Below are positions 9,155-18,599 of a DNA stretch of 64,000 nt, in pieces. Position 1 is the first letter of the stretch, and each line of letters begins with the position of its first letter. The position numbers and the translations under genes are program-made. The notes beneath the pieces were generated by a model. It was not told the DNA's origin, made no database searches, and saw nothing but the letters and a program-made list of their open reading frames with translations. This stretch comes from Clostridia bacterium (lineage in GTDB: Bacteria > Bacillota > Clostridia > UBA1212). Location: positions 3,624-67,623 of the forward strand of contig JAFTXP010000021.1 of NCBI GenBank assembly GCA_017461545.1, in the 5' to 3' direction.

Positions 9155-10483
9155 TTACAGACCTCTGTCTTTCAGATCTTTTACCAATTCAACGTAAAAT
9201 TCTCTGATATCAAAGCCGTCAATGTTTTCACGGTTTAAATCTATCATGTCACCGTGCGAGATACCGCGTTTCTTACTGGGAGTGAGAAGGGTGTATTTTT
9301 CTCCCCACTTAAATGATTTGCTGCTTACGAGACCGTCGTTCGGTCCGTCAAAATGTTTTACAAGATGATATGAAAAGTTAAGCGGGAATTTTCCGCCTTG
9401 GGCCTTGGCTAATACAGAGCCTACGCTTTGACAGAATATTTCCGGAGGCGTTTTCATTTCGCTGTCCAATTTAGTGCAGACCCCGGCTGTCAAATCATTT
9501 ACGGCAGCGAGAAAATCAGGGTTTTTATCTCCAAACTTTCTCAGCGCGGCATTGTATGTTGATGCTACTTTGTTTTTTAAGCCGACAGAGATTTTTGTCA
9601 GCAGATAATCTGCGAACTCACAGCCTCTGTGAGGCGTGTTTATTGTGGTAAGTGATGCCACGTGAGGTGCTGCGTCAAGGTTTGATATAGCGTAGCGACA
9701 GTCAAGTCCGCCCTTTGAATGTGCTATGATATTAATTTTTTCGCAATTTAATTCTTTTACAAGAGTTTTTATGCGTTCAGATAATTCCTCGGCACTGTCT
9801 GCAATAGACGATGCCGATTGGTGATTGCCGTAATAAATTTCAGCGCCGTTTTGTTCCAGTTCTTTGGGAATTCTGCCCCAGTAGTTAAAGTATTTCGTAT
9901 CTCTGAAAAATACTCCGTGCACCATTAAAATAGGATATTTTGTCTTGCAGATATTCTGGGATTTTCTCTGCAAATTTATTTTTTGTTTTTGTGTTTCGGT
10001 TATGACCTCTTTAAAAGTAGCTTTTAATATTACGTATAGTGCTATCAGGTTTGCAATCGGAATCATGCCGCAAATAATTCCGATGATTCGCTGATTTATT
10101 CCTAATTGAACTGATGTAAGGTAGACGCAGATTATACCGTTCCAGAATACGATTGCTTCAAGGCAGATACAGAGCAGTGCACTCCAGATAAAAGTGAGAT
10201 AATTGTCAGGTATGGTTTTAAATGCCAATACGATGTGATAAACAACAGATACAGGCAGTGAGAGCATAAATGCCGACAGTAAAACATTTCCGTGACAGCA
10301 GATTTTAAGACGTTTGGATTTCGTTTTAAGAAAAAAAACACCAGCGAATATATTGATAAACAGAAACAGCGGAACGAATAAAAATAGTATCTTCGGCTCG
10401 TTTGCCAACATTGTGTAGCTATTTGCAATAATGCTTATGATGATAAAATAAATTATTATTACAAAAGTTAATGCTTTTTTCAT
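9155..10483 (-). CDS. Membrane-anchored triacylglycerol lipase-like alpha/beta hydrolase
   Basis: About four N-terminal TM helices, ILMVHGV oxyanion region, nucleophile elbow AHSKGG, NTPHRG, NDGLV and a C-terminal SHGD His. Confidence 0.85.
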   Translation of the reverse strand: MKKALTFVIIIYFIIISIIANSYTMLANEPKILFLFVPLFLFINIFAGVFFLKTKSKRLKICCHGNVLLSAFMLSLPVSVVYHIVLAFKTIPDNYLTFIWSALLCICLEAIVFWNGIICVYLTSVQLGINQRIIGIICGMIPIANLIALYVILKATFKEVITETQKQKINLQRKSQNICKTKYPILMVHGVFFRDTKYFNYWGRIPKELEQNGAEIYYGNHQSASSIADSAEELSERIKTLVKELNCEKINIIAHSKGGLDCRYAISNLDAAPHVASLTTINTPHRGCEFADYLLTKISVGLKNKVASTYNAALRKFGDKNPDFLAAVNDLTAGVCTKLDSEMKTPPEIFCQSVGSVLAKAQGGKFPLNFSYHLVKHFDGPNDGLVSSKSFKWGEKYTLLTPSKKRGISHGDMIDLNRENIDGFDIREFYVELVKDLKDRGL

Positions 10484-10639
10484 CTTTTTCCTCCGAATCC
10501 GGAATGTGTCTCATTAATTGTTTAATTATACTATCATGTAACAAAATTGTAAATTATTCCCTGAGACATGGCTACATAAAATATCTGTGCCGAGAATAAA
10601 ATTCTCGGCACAGATAAGGGTTAGTTTTTAGTTTTGAAA

Positions 10640-11293
10640 TCAATAACATTTTTTACACGGCTCGTACCCCCTGCTTATAGCTTGAGATTGTGTTACCTGA
10701 GTAGGATTTTTCATATTACTGCAATTGGACTTGCTATGATATTTTGAACCGGTTCTGGGAATCCATACCATATTTCCGATAGAATATGATGGGTCGCTTG
10801 CTCCGCAGGAAGTACATTCTCCGCTTACATAATTGTGTCCTGCGGCAGTTCCGTCTGTTATGCCGCAAGAAACACATGTTTTCGGTGAAGTGCAAGTTGC
10901 GTCTTTCCAATCATGTCCTGCGGCAGTTCCGTCTGTTATGCCGCAAGAAACACATGTTTTCGGTGAAGTGCAAGTTGCATCTTTCCAATCATGCCCTGCC
11001 GGTTTTCCATTCGTCGCGCCGCAAGAAATACATATTTGCGGTTCAGCACAGGTTGCTGATGAGTAATCATGCACATGCGGCGCTGTTGTGCTTTTATCTT
11101 GTGATGCTTCTGTATTGTTATTTACCTTATTATCATGTTCGGTTTCAGGTGAACCTTCAATGTCTCCGGAAGTGACAATTGGCAAGGATTCTGTGTTATC
11201 TACGGTATTTCCTTCATTATTCGTACTTACACACCCTGTTATAAATAAACAAAATGTCAATAAAGATATAAGAAACAAATTAAACTTTTTCAT
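10640..11293 (-). CDS. Lipoprotein with Cys/His-rich 26-aa repeats and a C-terminal Cys/His metal-binding-like domain
   Basis: Lipobox FITGC; repeats GHDWKDATCTSPKTCVSCGITDGTAA; C-terminus GSKYH..NC...GYEPCKKC. Confidence 0.8.
   Translation of the reverse strand: MKKFNLFLISLLTFCLFITGCVSTNNEGNTVDNTESLPIVTSGDIEGSPETEHDNKVNNNTEASQDKSTTAPHVHDYSSATCAEPQICISCGATNGKPAGHDWKDATCTSPKTCVSCGITDGTAAGHDWKDATCTSPKTCVSCGITDGTAAGHNYVSGECTSCGASDPSYSIGNMVWIPRTGSKYHSKSNCSNMKNPTQVTQSQAISRGYEPCKKCY
10836..10991. repeat. Two intragenic 78-bp direct repeats, one mismatch
   Basis: 10836-10913 and 10914-10991 differ only at gcgtc/gcatc. Confidence 0.92.
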
Positions 11294-11531
11294 TTTAAAT
11301 CTCCGATTCTGTAATTGTAATAACTATTTCTAAATTTGTTTATCGATTTTCTAATAGTAAATATATTTACATCCAACTATGTTATAGTTTAACAGGCAGC
11401 TATCAATAAATAAATATTTTACAGAAAAATGTAACAGAATTAAAACAGACACGGGTATATTCATGTTGATTTTTAACTTAAATTGGGATATAAAGGGTTT
11501 TGTATGTTTACTCATGTAATGTTTATGGAAA

Positions 11532-12716
11532 GTGAAAAATATGTTTAATTTACTGCTGGCATTGATTTATATATGCTTTATAAGTTTGGGATTGCCTGAT
11601 TCCTTACTCGGTTCGGCGTGGCCTGTTATGCATCAGGAAATTTCCGCTCCGGTGTCATATGCAGGTATAGTTTCCATGGTAATATCCGTAGGAACTATTG
11701 TCTCAAGTTTACTCAGCGACCGCGCCGTAAGAAAATTCGGCACGGGAAAAATTACTGCTATAAGTGTAACATTGACAGCTGTTGCATTGTTCGGTTTTTC
11801 AACTGCCGACCGGTTTTGGATGCTTATTTTATGGGCAATCCCGTACGGTATCGGCGGCGGTGGAGTAGATGCGGTTCTGAATAACTATGTGGCTTTGCAT
11901 TATAAGGCGCAGCACATGAGCTGGTTGCATTGCTTTTGGGGTGTCGGAGCTTGTATAAGCCCGTACATAATGAGTTTTTCTCTTGTGAAACTTGACAGCT
12001 GGAATTACGGTTACCTGATTGTGTCAATCATACAAATCGTATTGTCGCTTTTTATTTTTATGAGTTTGCCTCTGTGGAAAGAAAAGAAAAATACAGATGC
12101 AGATGATGGCGATAAGGAAAACGAGAGTCACATTAAAATAAGGGAGATTGTATCAATTCCCGGAGCAGTTCCGTGTTTTCTGACATTTTTCGGGTACTGT
12201 GCGCTTGAATTGACAACTTCGCTTTGGGCGAGCAGCTATTTGGTACAGGACAGAGGACTTTCTCCTGAAACAGCTTCGGCGTTTGCAAGTCTGTTTTATA
12301 TTGGAATAACCGCAGGCAGAGCGATAAACGGTTTTCTCGCAATGAAATTCAATGACAGATTTTTAATTCGCTTAGGTCTTGGAATTATCTGTGTGGGCAT
12401 ACTTTTGGTGCTTATTCCAATCAATCAGATTTTTGCTTTAATCGGTTTTGTTGTAATCGGATTAGGATGTGCGCCGGTGTATCCGTGTATCATACACATG
12501 ACTCCGGCTTTGTTCGGCAAAGATAAATCGCAGGCAATGATAGGTATTCAGATGGCGTGTGCATATTCGGGCTTCTGCCTTGTGCCGCCGCTTTTCGGTG
12601 TTATCGCAAACAATATAACTATTTCACTTCTGCCTGCCTTTTTGATGATTTTGCTGGTGTTGATTGCCGTTATGCATGAAATTGCGGTTTACAAAACTAA
12701 AAATAAAACGATGTAA
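11532..12716 (+). CDS. MFS transporter
   Basis: About 12 hydrophobic segments; FISLGLPDSLLGSAWP and MSWLHCFWGVG motifs typical of FucP-like clostridial MFS proteins. Confidence 0.88.
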   Translation: MKNMFNLLLALIYICFISLGLPDSLLGSAWPVMHQEISAPVSYAGIVSMVISVGTIVSSLLSDRAVRKFGTGKITAISVTLTAVALFGFSTADRFWMLILWAIPYGIGGGGVDAVLNNYVALHYKAQHMSWLHCFWGVGACISPYIMSFSLVKLDSWNYGYLIVSIIQIVLSLFIFMSLPLWKEKKNTDADDGDKENESHIKIREIVSIPGAVPCFLTFFGYCALELTTSLWASSYLVQDRGLSPETASAFASLFYIGITAGRAINGFLAMKFNDRFLIRLGLGIICVGILLVLIPINQIFALIGFVVIGLGCAPVYPCIIHMTPALFGKDKSQAMIGIQMACAYSGFCLVPPLFGVIANNITISLLPAFLMILLVLIAVMHEIAVYKTKNKTM

Positions 12717-12722
12717 AAGAAA

Positions 12723-12765
12723 TCAGGGAACTTTTTGAGTGAAAATCAGTAAAAAAGTTCCCTGA
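12723..12765. terminator. Hairpin after the MFS gene
   Basis: 14-bp arms tcagggaacttttt / aaaaagttccctga. Confidence 0.65.
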
Positions 12766-12944
12766 AAATATTTTAGGGTGATAATAAAATTAAAATGTCA
12801 TTGTAATCCGAACTTCCATCTGTGGCTGACAGTTCCGGCTTTGTAAATTCGTATTGAGTTAAATTTAACGAAAACCCGTTGAGTTTTAATGTTAATAACA
12901 TAACAAAAAAATGATGAGTTTGTTATTTTTGTGATATTGCCATG

Positions 12945-12987
12945 TATCAACAGTGCTGCACATCCTCCGGGATGTGCAGTAGTCACT
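12945..12987 (-). other. Left junction site of the split murA (putative attL/attR-like site)
   Basis: Minus strand reads gtgactactgcacatccc-GG-aggatgtgcagcactgttgatac. Perfect 10-bp dyad arms ctgcacatcc/ggatgtgcag. Matches 43445-43467 at 21 of 23 positions in inverted orientation. Confidence 0.75.
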
Positions 12988-13307
12988 TCGCCGCAGCGGG
13001 CGAGCAGAGCGCCTAAAAATGTGATTGAGGAGCGGAGCGAGCCTGCAAGGTCCGGAAGAATAGTTGTTGAGGTTATATGAGTGCTGTCAACTGTTATCCG
13101 GTCATTGACAAATTCAGTTTTGCAACCGAGACTTTCAAGGATTAAAAGTGTGTTTCGGACATCTGTTAAATCAGGACAATTTGTTAATACGGTGGTGCCT
13201 CCGGTGATTATTGTTGCTGCTAAAATCGGCAGTACGGAATTTTTGGCTCCGTCAATATCGATTTCCCCGGAAATAGTGTGGCCGCCTTCAATTATGTATT
13301 GTGACAT
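12960..13307 (-). pseudogene. murA: 5' half (codons 1-116) of split UDP-N-acetylglucosamine 1-carboxyvinyltransferase; the ORF runs on out of homology to 12798
   Basis: MSQYIIEGGHTISGEIDIDGAKNSVLPILAA (Lys22), LRSS (Arg92) and HPGGC (Cys116), followed by 53 unrelated residues. Confidence 0.92.
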
Positions 13308-13410
13308 AGCGTGATTCCTGCCTTGAAGATTATGTTGAATTTATATTTACATAATATGCAAACCTGCAAAAGTGTGATAAAATGTAAAGAACTTAATGTT
13401 ATAGAAGACG

Positions 13411-16131
13411 GTGGGAATTTTGGAAAAACTTTTACTTGTTGACGGAAACAGCATAATGAACAGAGCCTTTTACGGCACCCAAAGCAGTTTTATGAAAAAT
13501 GCGGAGGGACTTTTTACCGGTGCACTTTTCGGCTTTATGAATATTCTTCTTAAGTATTTAGACGAAGAGAAGCCGGAGTATGTTGCTGTTGCGTTTGATG
13601 TAAAGGCTCCCACTTTCAGACATAAGGCTTATGACGGTTATAAAGCTACCAGAAAAGGTATGCCAAATGAGCTTGCCATGCAGATGCCTATTATAAAGCA
13701 GATTTTATGCGCTATGAATATTTCGTGCATTGAGATTCCCGGATACGAGGCCGATGATATCATAGGTACGTATTCGAGACTTGCTGCCGAAAAGGGTATC
13801 GAAAGCGTGATAGTGACAGGAGACAAAGATTCACTGCAGCTTGTAAACGAATTGACAATTGTAAAGCTTCCCGTCACAAAGCAGGGCACTACCACGACAG
13901 ATACTATAGATATAGAAGCTTTTAAAAACAAGTACGGCGGACTTATGCCTATCAGACTGATTGACCTTAAGGCTCTTATGGGAGACTCGTCCGATAATAT
14001 TCCCGGAGTTCCGGGCGTGGGAGAGAAAACCGCGGTCAGCTTGCTTGCGGAGTACGGCAGCCTTGATGGAGTATATGCACATGTAGAGAACATAAAAAAG
14101 CCTGCTCTTAAGAAAAAAATAGAAGAAAACAAAGAGTCTGCGTATATGAGCTATGATTTGGCGACTATCATGCTTACCGTGCCGGTTGAGAAAACGGTTG
14201 AGGAGCTTGCAAAGGGTGAGTGGGACAAACCGGCTCTGATTAAGCTTCTTACGATGCTTGAGTTTAAGAGCATAATAAAAAAGATGAAGCTCGAAGGCGT
14301 ACCGGTGTCTGATGATAGTGAAAAAGATGCCGACGAAAAAGGCGCGGTCGTTATGTCGCTGTTTAATGTTCTTGCAGGCGAGGGTATTGATATAAATAAC
14401 ATAGAAAACGAAGCTTCTGCGGCGCCGCTTCCGGCGGTTGTTCCTAAAAATACTGTTTTCGTCATGTTTTATGAGGATCTTAAGGAGTTAAAGGCTACGG
14501 TTGAAAAAAATCCTTCCGAGGTATATATCGAATGTGACTTCAGCGGGAAATATCCCGTTGAGATGAGAGTAAATTTTGACAATGACGACACGGTGTTTTC
14601 GGTTGCGTTTTCGATACCTGACACGGAGATCAATTTCATAGATATAATGAAGCCTGTTTTTGAGAATTCCGATATCAAAAAGATTGCTTTCGACAGTAAA
14701 CCGATTATTTTGTGGCTGATGACAAACGGCTGCGGATTTGAGGGACTTTGGTGTGATTTGTCCATTGCCGCATATCTTACGGATTCGACGAGAAAAAATG
14801 ATAATTTTTCTGATGTTTGCAGACTTTTTACGGGCGAAGAGCATGTCGGCATAGAGTATATGCCGCTTGCATCTGAGATGGCTGTCAGACGGCTTGAGAA
14901 GGACGGCATGACCGCTCTTTACAGAAATATAGAATTGCCTCTTGTTCCGATACTTGCATCTTTTGAGTATGAAGGTTTCAAAGTGTCCGAAAAGGTTTTG
15001 AAATCAGAAGGTGTGCTTCTCGAAAAGAGAATAGACGAACTCACTGCGCAGATATATGAGATAGCAGGACGCACGTTTAATATAAATTCGCCTAAACAGC
15101 TCGGAGAGGTATTGTTTGATGAGATGAAGCTTCCGGGCGGAAAGAAAACCAAAACCGGCTACAAGACAGGTCAGGATGTGCTGGAGGCAATCTCTGACGA
15201 GTCGCCGATTATTCCTCTTGTTCTGGAGTACAGACAGAATGTGAAGCTTAAATCCACGTATATTGACGGATTGATTGCGGTTATAGATAAAGAAACCGGA
15301 CTCGTTCATTCGAGTTTTAATCAGACTGTTACTGCGACAGGCCGACTGAGCAGTACGGAGCCGAATCTGCAGAATATTCCGGTAAGACATGAGCTCGGAA
15401 AAAAGATAAGATATGCGTTTGTGCCCAGAAAAGAAAATCATATACTTGTAGATGCCGACTATTCACAGATAGAGCTGAGGGTACTTGCTGAGATGTCCGG
15501 TGACTACTCGATGAAAAAAGCATTTAAAGACGGTGCCGACATACATGCGATCACCGCATCACAGGTGAATAATGTTCCGTTATCGGATGTAACGCCTGCC
15601 ATGCGAAGTGCGGCAAAGGCGGTAAATTTCGGCATTGTTTACGGCATAAGCGAATTCGGATTGGCAAAAGATATCGGAATATCAAGATTTGAAGCTAAAA
15701 AATATATTAACGGATATTTTGAAAAATATCCCGGCGTAAAAGCTTATATGGACAGCGCTGTTGTATTTGCAAAAGAGCACGGTTTTGCTGAGTCACTGCT
15801 CGGAAGAAGAAGATATCTGCCGGAGCTTACTTCTTCAAAGTACCCGATCAGGTCTTTCGGAGAACGTGTTGCAATGAATATGCCCATACAGGGCACAGCA
15901 GCGGATATCATGAAAATTGCTATGATAAAAGTTTACAGCGAGATTAAAAAAAGAGGTCTCAGGGCGAAACTTATATTGCAGGTTCACGACGAACTTCTGA
16001 TAGATGCACCGTTGGAGGAAAAAGACGAGGTCATGTCACTTCTGCGTGAGTGTATGGAAAATGCATTTGAAATGGAAGTTCCGCTGCCTGTTTCGGTTTC
16101 ATACGGAAGCAGCTGGGCTGAATGTAAGTAA
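13411..16131 (+). CDS. polA: DNA polymerase I
   Basis: Motifs LLVDGNS..NRAFY, EADDIIGT, GDSSDNIPGVPGVGEKTA, TATGRLSSTEPNLQNIP, DYSQIELR, KAVNFGIVYG and LQVHDEL. Confidence 0.97.
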   Translation: MGILEKLLLVDGNSIMNRAFYGTQSSFMKNAEGLFTGALFGFMNILLKYLDEEKPEYVAVAFDVKAPTFRHKAYDGYKATRKGMPNELAMQMPIIKQILCAMNISCIEIPGYEADDIIGTYSRLAAEKGIESVIVTGDKDSLQLVNELTIVKLPVTKQGTTTTDTIDIEAFKNKYGGLMPIRLIDLKALMGDSSDNIPGVPGVGEKTAVSLLAEYGSLDGVYAHVENIKKPALKKKIEENKESAYMSYDLATIMLTVPVEKTVEELAKGEWDKPALIKLLTMLEFKSIIKKMKLEGVPVSDDSEKDADEKGAVVMSLFNVLAGEGIDINNIENEASAAPLPAVVPKNTVFVMFYEDLKELKATVEKNPSEVYIECDFSGKYPVEMRVNFDNDDTVFSVAFSIPDTEINFIDIMKPVFENSDIKKIAFDSKPIILWLMTNGCGFEGLWCDLSIAAYLTDSTRKNDNFSDVCRLFTGEEHVGIEYMPLASEMAVRRLEKDGMTALYRNIELPLVPILASFEYEGFKVSEKVLKSEGVLLEKRIDELTAQIYEIAGRTFNINSPKQLGEVLFDEMKLPGGKKTKTGYKTGQDVLEAISDESPIIPLVLEYRQNVKLKSTYIDGLIAVIDKETGLVHSSFNQTVTATGRLSSTEPNLQNIPVRHELGKKIRYAFVPRKENHILVDADYSQIELRVLAEMSGDYSMKKAFKDGADIHAITASQVNNVPLSDVTPAMRSAAKAVNFGIVYGISEFGLAKDIGISRFEAKKYINGYFEKYPGVKAYMDSAVVFAKEHGFAESLLGRRRYLPELTSSKYPIRSFGERVAMNMPIQGTAADIMKIAMIKVYSEIKKRGLRAKLILQVHDELLIDAPLEEKDEVMSLLRECMENAFEMEVPLPVSVSYGSSWAECK

Positions 16132-16170
16132 AAGATTTTGAAAATATTTTGACTGTCGGAGGAAATATAT

Positions 16171-16767
16171 ATGAAAGTTTTGGGTGTCACAGGCGGTACG
16201 GGTACGGGCAAGTCTACTGTTTGTAAAATATTGCAGGATAACGGCGCAAAGATAATTGACGCGGACAAGATTGCAAACGCTCTGCAGAAAAAAGGTACGG
16301 TTGCATTTGATGAGATTATAGAATATTTCGGAGAGGGTATTCTGGACACGGATGGCGAGCTCAACCGCAGGATTTTGGGTGCTCTTGTGTTTAATGACAG
16401 GAATGCGCTTAATGCACTTAATGCCATAGTCCACAAACATGTCTCGATAGAGATTAAAAAGCGTGTCGAAGAGTATCGCAGAGAGGGCGCGGAACTTGTT
16501 GTTCTTGATGTTCCGATTCCGATAGAGGACGGATTTTTTGATACTGCCGAGCAGGTGTGGGCGGTTGTTGCAAACGATGATTTGAGAATTGAGAGGTTGC
16601 AGTTGAGGAACGGTCTTTCGGAAAATGAAGCGGTGGCAAGAATCGGTTCACAGCTTTCTAACAGCGAGTATTCGGAGCTTGCCGATGTTACTATCGATAA
16701 CGAAGGATCTTATGAAGAGCTTAAACAGCTTGTATTATACGAACTCAGAAGATTTAAAGAGTATTGA
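16171..16767 (+). CDS. coaE: Dephospho-CoA kinase
   Basis: GVTGGTGTGKSTV P-loop, IDADKIA and follows polA. Confidence 0.93.
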   Translation: MKVLGVTGGTGTGKSTVCKILQDNGAKIIDADKIANALQKKGTVAFDEIIEYFGEGILDTDGELNRRILGALVFNDRNALNALNAIVHKHVSIEIKKRVEEYRREGAELVVLDVPIPIEDGFFDTAEQVWAVVANDDLRIERLQLRNGLSENEAVARIGSQLSNSEYSELADVTIDNEGSYEELKQLVLYELRRFKEY

Positions 16768-16793
16768 TAAAATTAAAAATGATTAAGTGCGGT

Positions 16794-16831
16794 GGCGGCG
16801 AAACCCTTTTGCGATGAGAGGTTTCGCCGCC
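16794..16831 (+). terminator. GC-rich hairpin after coaE
   Basis: ggcggcgaaacc / ggtttcgccgcc. Confidence 0.6.
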
Positions 16832-16934
16832 GATTTTAATGCGGCTTGCCGCGTGTTTTATAAATTCTTCATTTGGGAATAATTAAATTGATTAAAAAGA
16901 TTTAATAAAACTGATTTGAAATGAGGGATAAAAT

Positions 16935-17369
16935 ATGTGGCTCGGAATATTGATAGCAGTTGCGTCGGGCGCGTTGATGAGTGTGCAGGGAGTGTTTAAT
17001 ACGGAGCTTACAAAGCAGTCGGGAATATGGATGGCTGCCGGATTTGTTCAGCTGAGCGGTTTTGCTCTGTGTCTTTTGATGTGGCTTTTTTCGGGTAGAC
17101 AGGGAAGCGTCGGAGAGCTGTTTTCTGTAAATAATAAGTATATGTTGCTGAGCGGTGTAATAGGAGCGTTAATAACTTACACCGTAATAAAAAGTATTGA
17201 ACTTTCGAGCCCTGCAAAGGCTATAATGGTTATAGTGACTGCACAGCTGCTGGTGGCTTATCTTATTGAATTGTTCGGACTGTTCGGTGCGGAAAAACAG
17301 CCGTTTGAATTTAAAAAACTGTGTGGAATAATACTTGCAATAATCGGTTTTGTGATATTTAAATTGTAA
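16935..17369 (+). CDS. DMT family (YdcZ-like) membrane transporter
   Basis: 144 aa, five hydrophobic segments, SGALMSVQGVFN and IELFGLFG. Confidence 0.8.
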   Translation: MWLGILIAVASGALMSVQGVFNTELTKQSGIWMAAGFVQLSGFALCLLMWLFSGRQGSVGELFSVNNKYMLLSGVIGALITYTVIKSIELSSPAKAIMVIVTAQLLVAYLIELFGLFGAEKQPFEFKKLCGIILAIIGFVIFKL

Positions 17370-17473
17370 AGCTCGGTATATACAAATCAGGAAAAATGTG
17401 TTAAAATGTCCAAGCGTGTCGAATGGTGACATGTAATAGATGAAAAATAATATACGTTCTTTTGGAGGAATAA

Positions 17474-18547
17474 ATGGATTTTACTACTTTCTGGGGGCAG
17501 ATGACGAGCAATCCTTTACTGTTTATGGCGATAGTTCTTACTCTCGGCGTTATTTTGGTAAACGGATGGACTGATGCACCAAATGCGATTGCTACTTGCG
17601 TTGTTACAAGATGTATGTCAGCACGTGCTGCTATCTTGATGTCTGCCGTGTTTAATTTTGCAGGTGTTTTCGTGATGAGCAGAATAAGCCCGGCTGTCGT
17701 AGATACAATTACTAAGATGGTTGATTTTGGCGGTAATGAAATTCCGGGTAGCCCTGAAAATGAAAAAGCGATAATTGCGCTGAGTGCGGCACTGTTTGCG
17801 ATTGTTGTGTGGGCGACTGCGGCATGGATGTTCGGAATTCCGACCAGTGAGAGTCATGCACTTATCGCAGGTCTTACAGGTGGAGCTCTTGCTGTACATA
17901 ACAGCTTAAGAGGTGTAAACGGCGGCGAATGGATAAAAGTTGTCTACGGTCTCGGTATTTCACTTATTCTCGGCTTTGTAGTAGGTTGGTGTGTTTGTAA
18001 GATTGTTGTGCTGTTATTTAAAAATGTTCACAGAAGAAAAACCGAAAAGTTTTTCCGCGGTGCTCAGATTGTCGGTGCAGCGTCTATGAGTTTTATGCAT
18101 GGTGCGCAGGATGGCCTTAAGTTTATGGGTGTAATATACCTATGCACATTGATTATAAGTGGTAAAAGTACTTCTGGTGCTGCTTTGGATATGCCGATTT
18201 GGATAGTTGCATTGTGTTCGATCATTATGGCACTCGGAACATCGCTTGGAGGAAAAAAGATAATCAAGTCCGTAGGTATGGATATGGTAAAACTCGAAAA
18301 GTACCAGGGATTTTCAGCAGATATTTCAGCCTCCATTTGCTTGCTCTTAAGCTCTGTGTTCGGTATTCCCGTATCGACAACACATGCAAAGACAACTGCT
18401 ATTATGGGTGTAGGCGCTGTTAAACGTATTTCTGCGATAAACTTTTCCGTCGTGAAGGAAATGCTTGTCGCTTGGATATTGACCTTCCCGGGATGCGGAT
18501 TGCTTGCATTTGTTTTTGCAAAAATATTTATGATGATATTTTTATAA
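17474..18547 (+). CDS. PiT family inorganic phosphate transporter
   Basis: PiT signatures NGWTDAPNAIAT, HGAQDG, PTSESHALI and PVSTTH. Confidence 0.92.
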   Translation: MDFTTFWGQMTSNPLLFMAIVLTLGVILVNGWTDAPNAIATCVVTRCMSARAAILMSAVFNFAGVFVMSRISPAVVDTITKMVDFGGNEIPGSPENEKAIIALSAALFAIVVWATAAWMFGIPTSESHALIAGLTGGALAVHNSLRGVNGGEWIKVVYGLGISLILGFVVGWCVCKIVVLLFKNVHRRKTEKFFRGAQIVGAASMSFMHGAQDGLKFMGVIYLCTLIISGKSTSGAALDMPIWIVALCSIIMALGTSLGGKKIIKSVGMDMVKLEKYQGFSADISASICLLLSSVFGIPVSTTHAKTTAIMGVGAVKRISAINFSVVKEMLVAWILTFPGCGLLAFVFAKIFMMIFL

Positions 18548-18599
18548 AAGTTGATTTAGTAAATTTGAAAATTTGTAGTACATAGAAAGGACAATAATT

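Noticed and set aside
12798-12959. C-terminal 53 aa of the 169-aa murA ORF as a real domain
   Set aside because: It is read-through into AT-rich intergenic DNA past the junction, with no MurA similarity.
13638-16436. Antisense ORFs over polA, and similar shadow ORFs over carB, mutL, relA and htpG
   Set aside because: They overlap well-supported genes on the opposite strand or in another frame and show no motifs or RBS.
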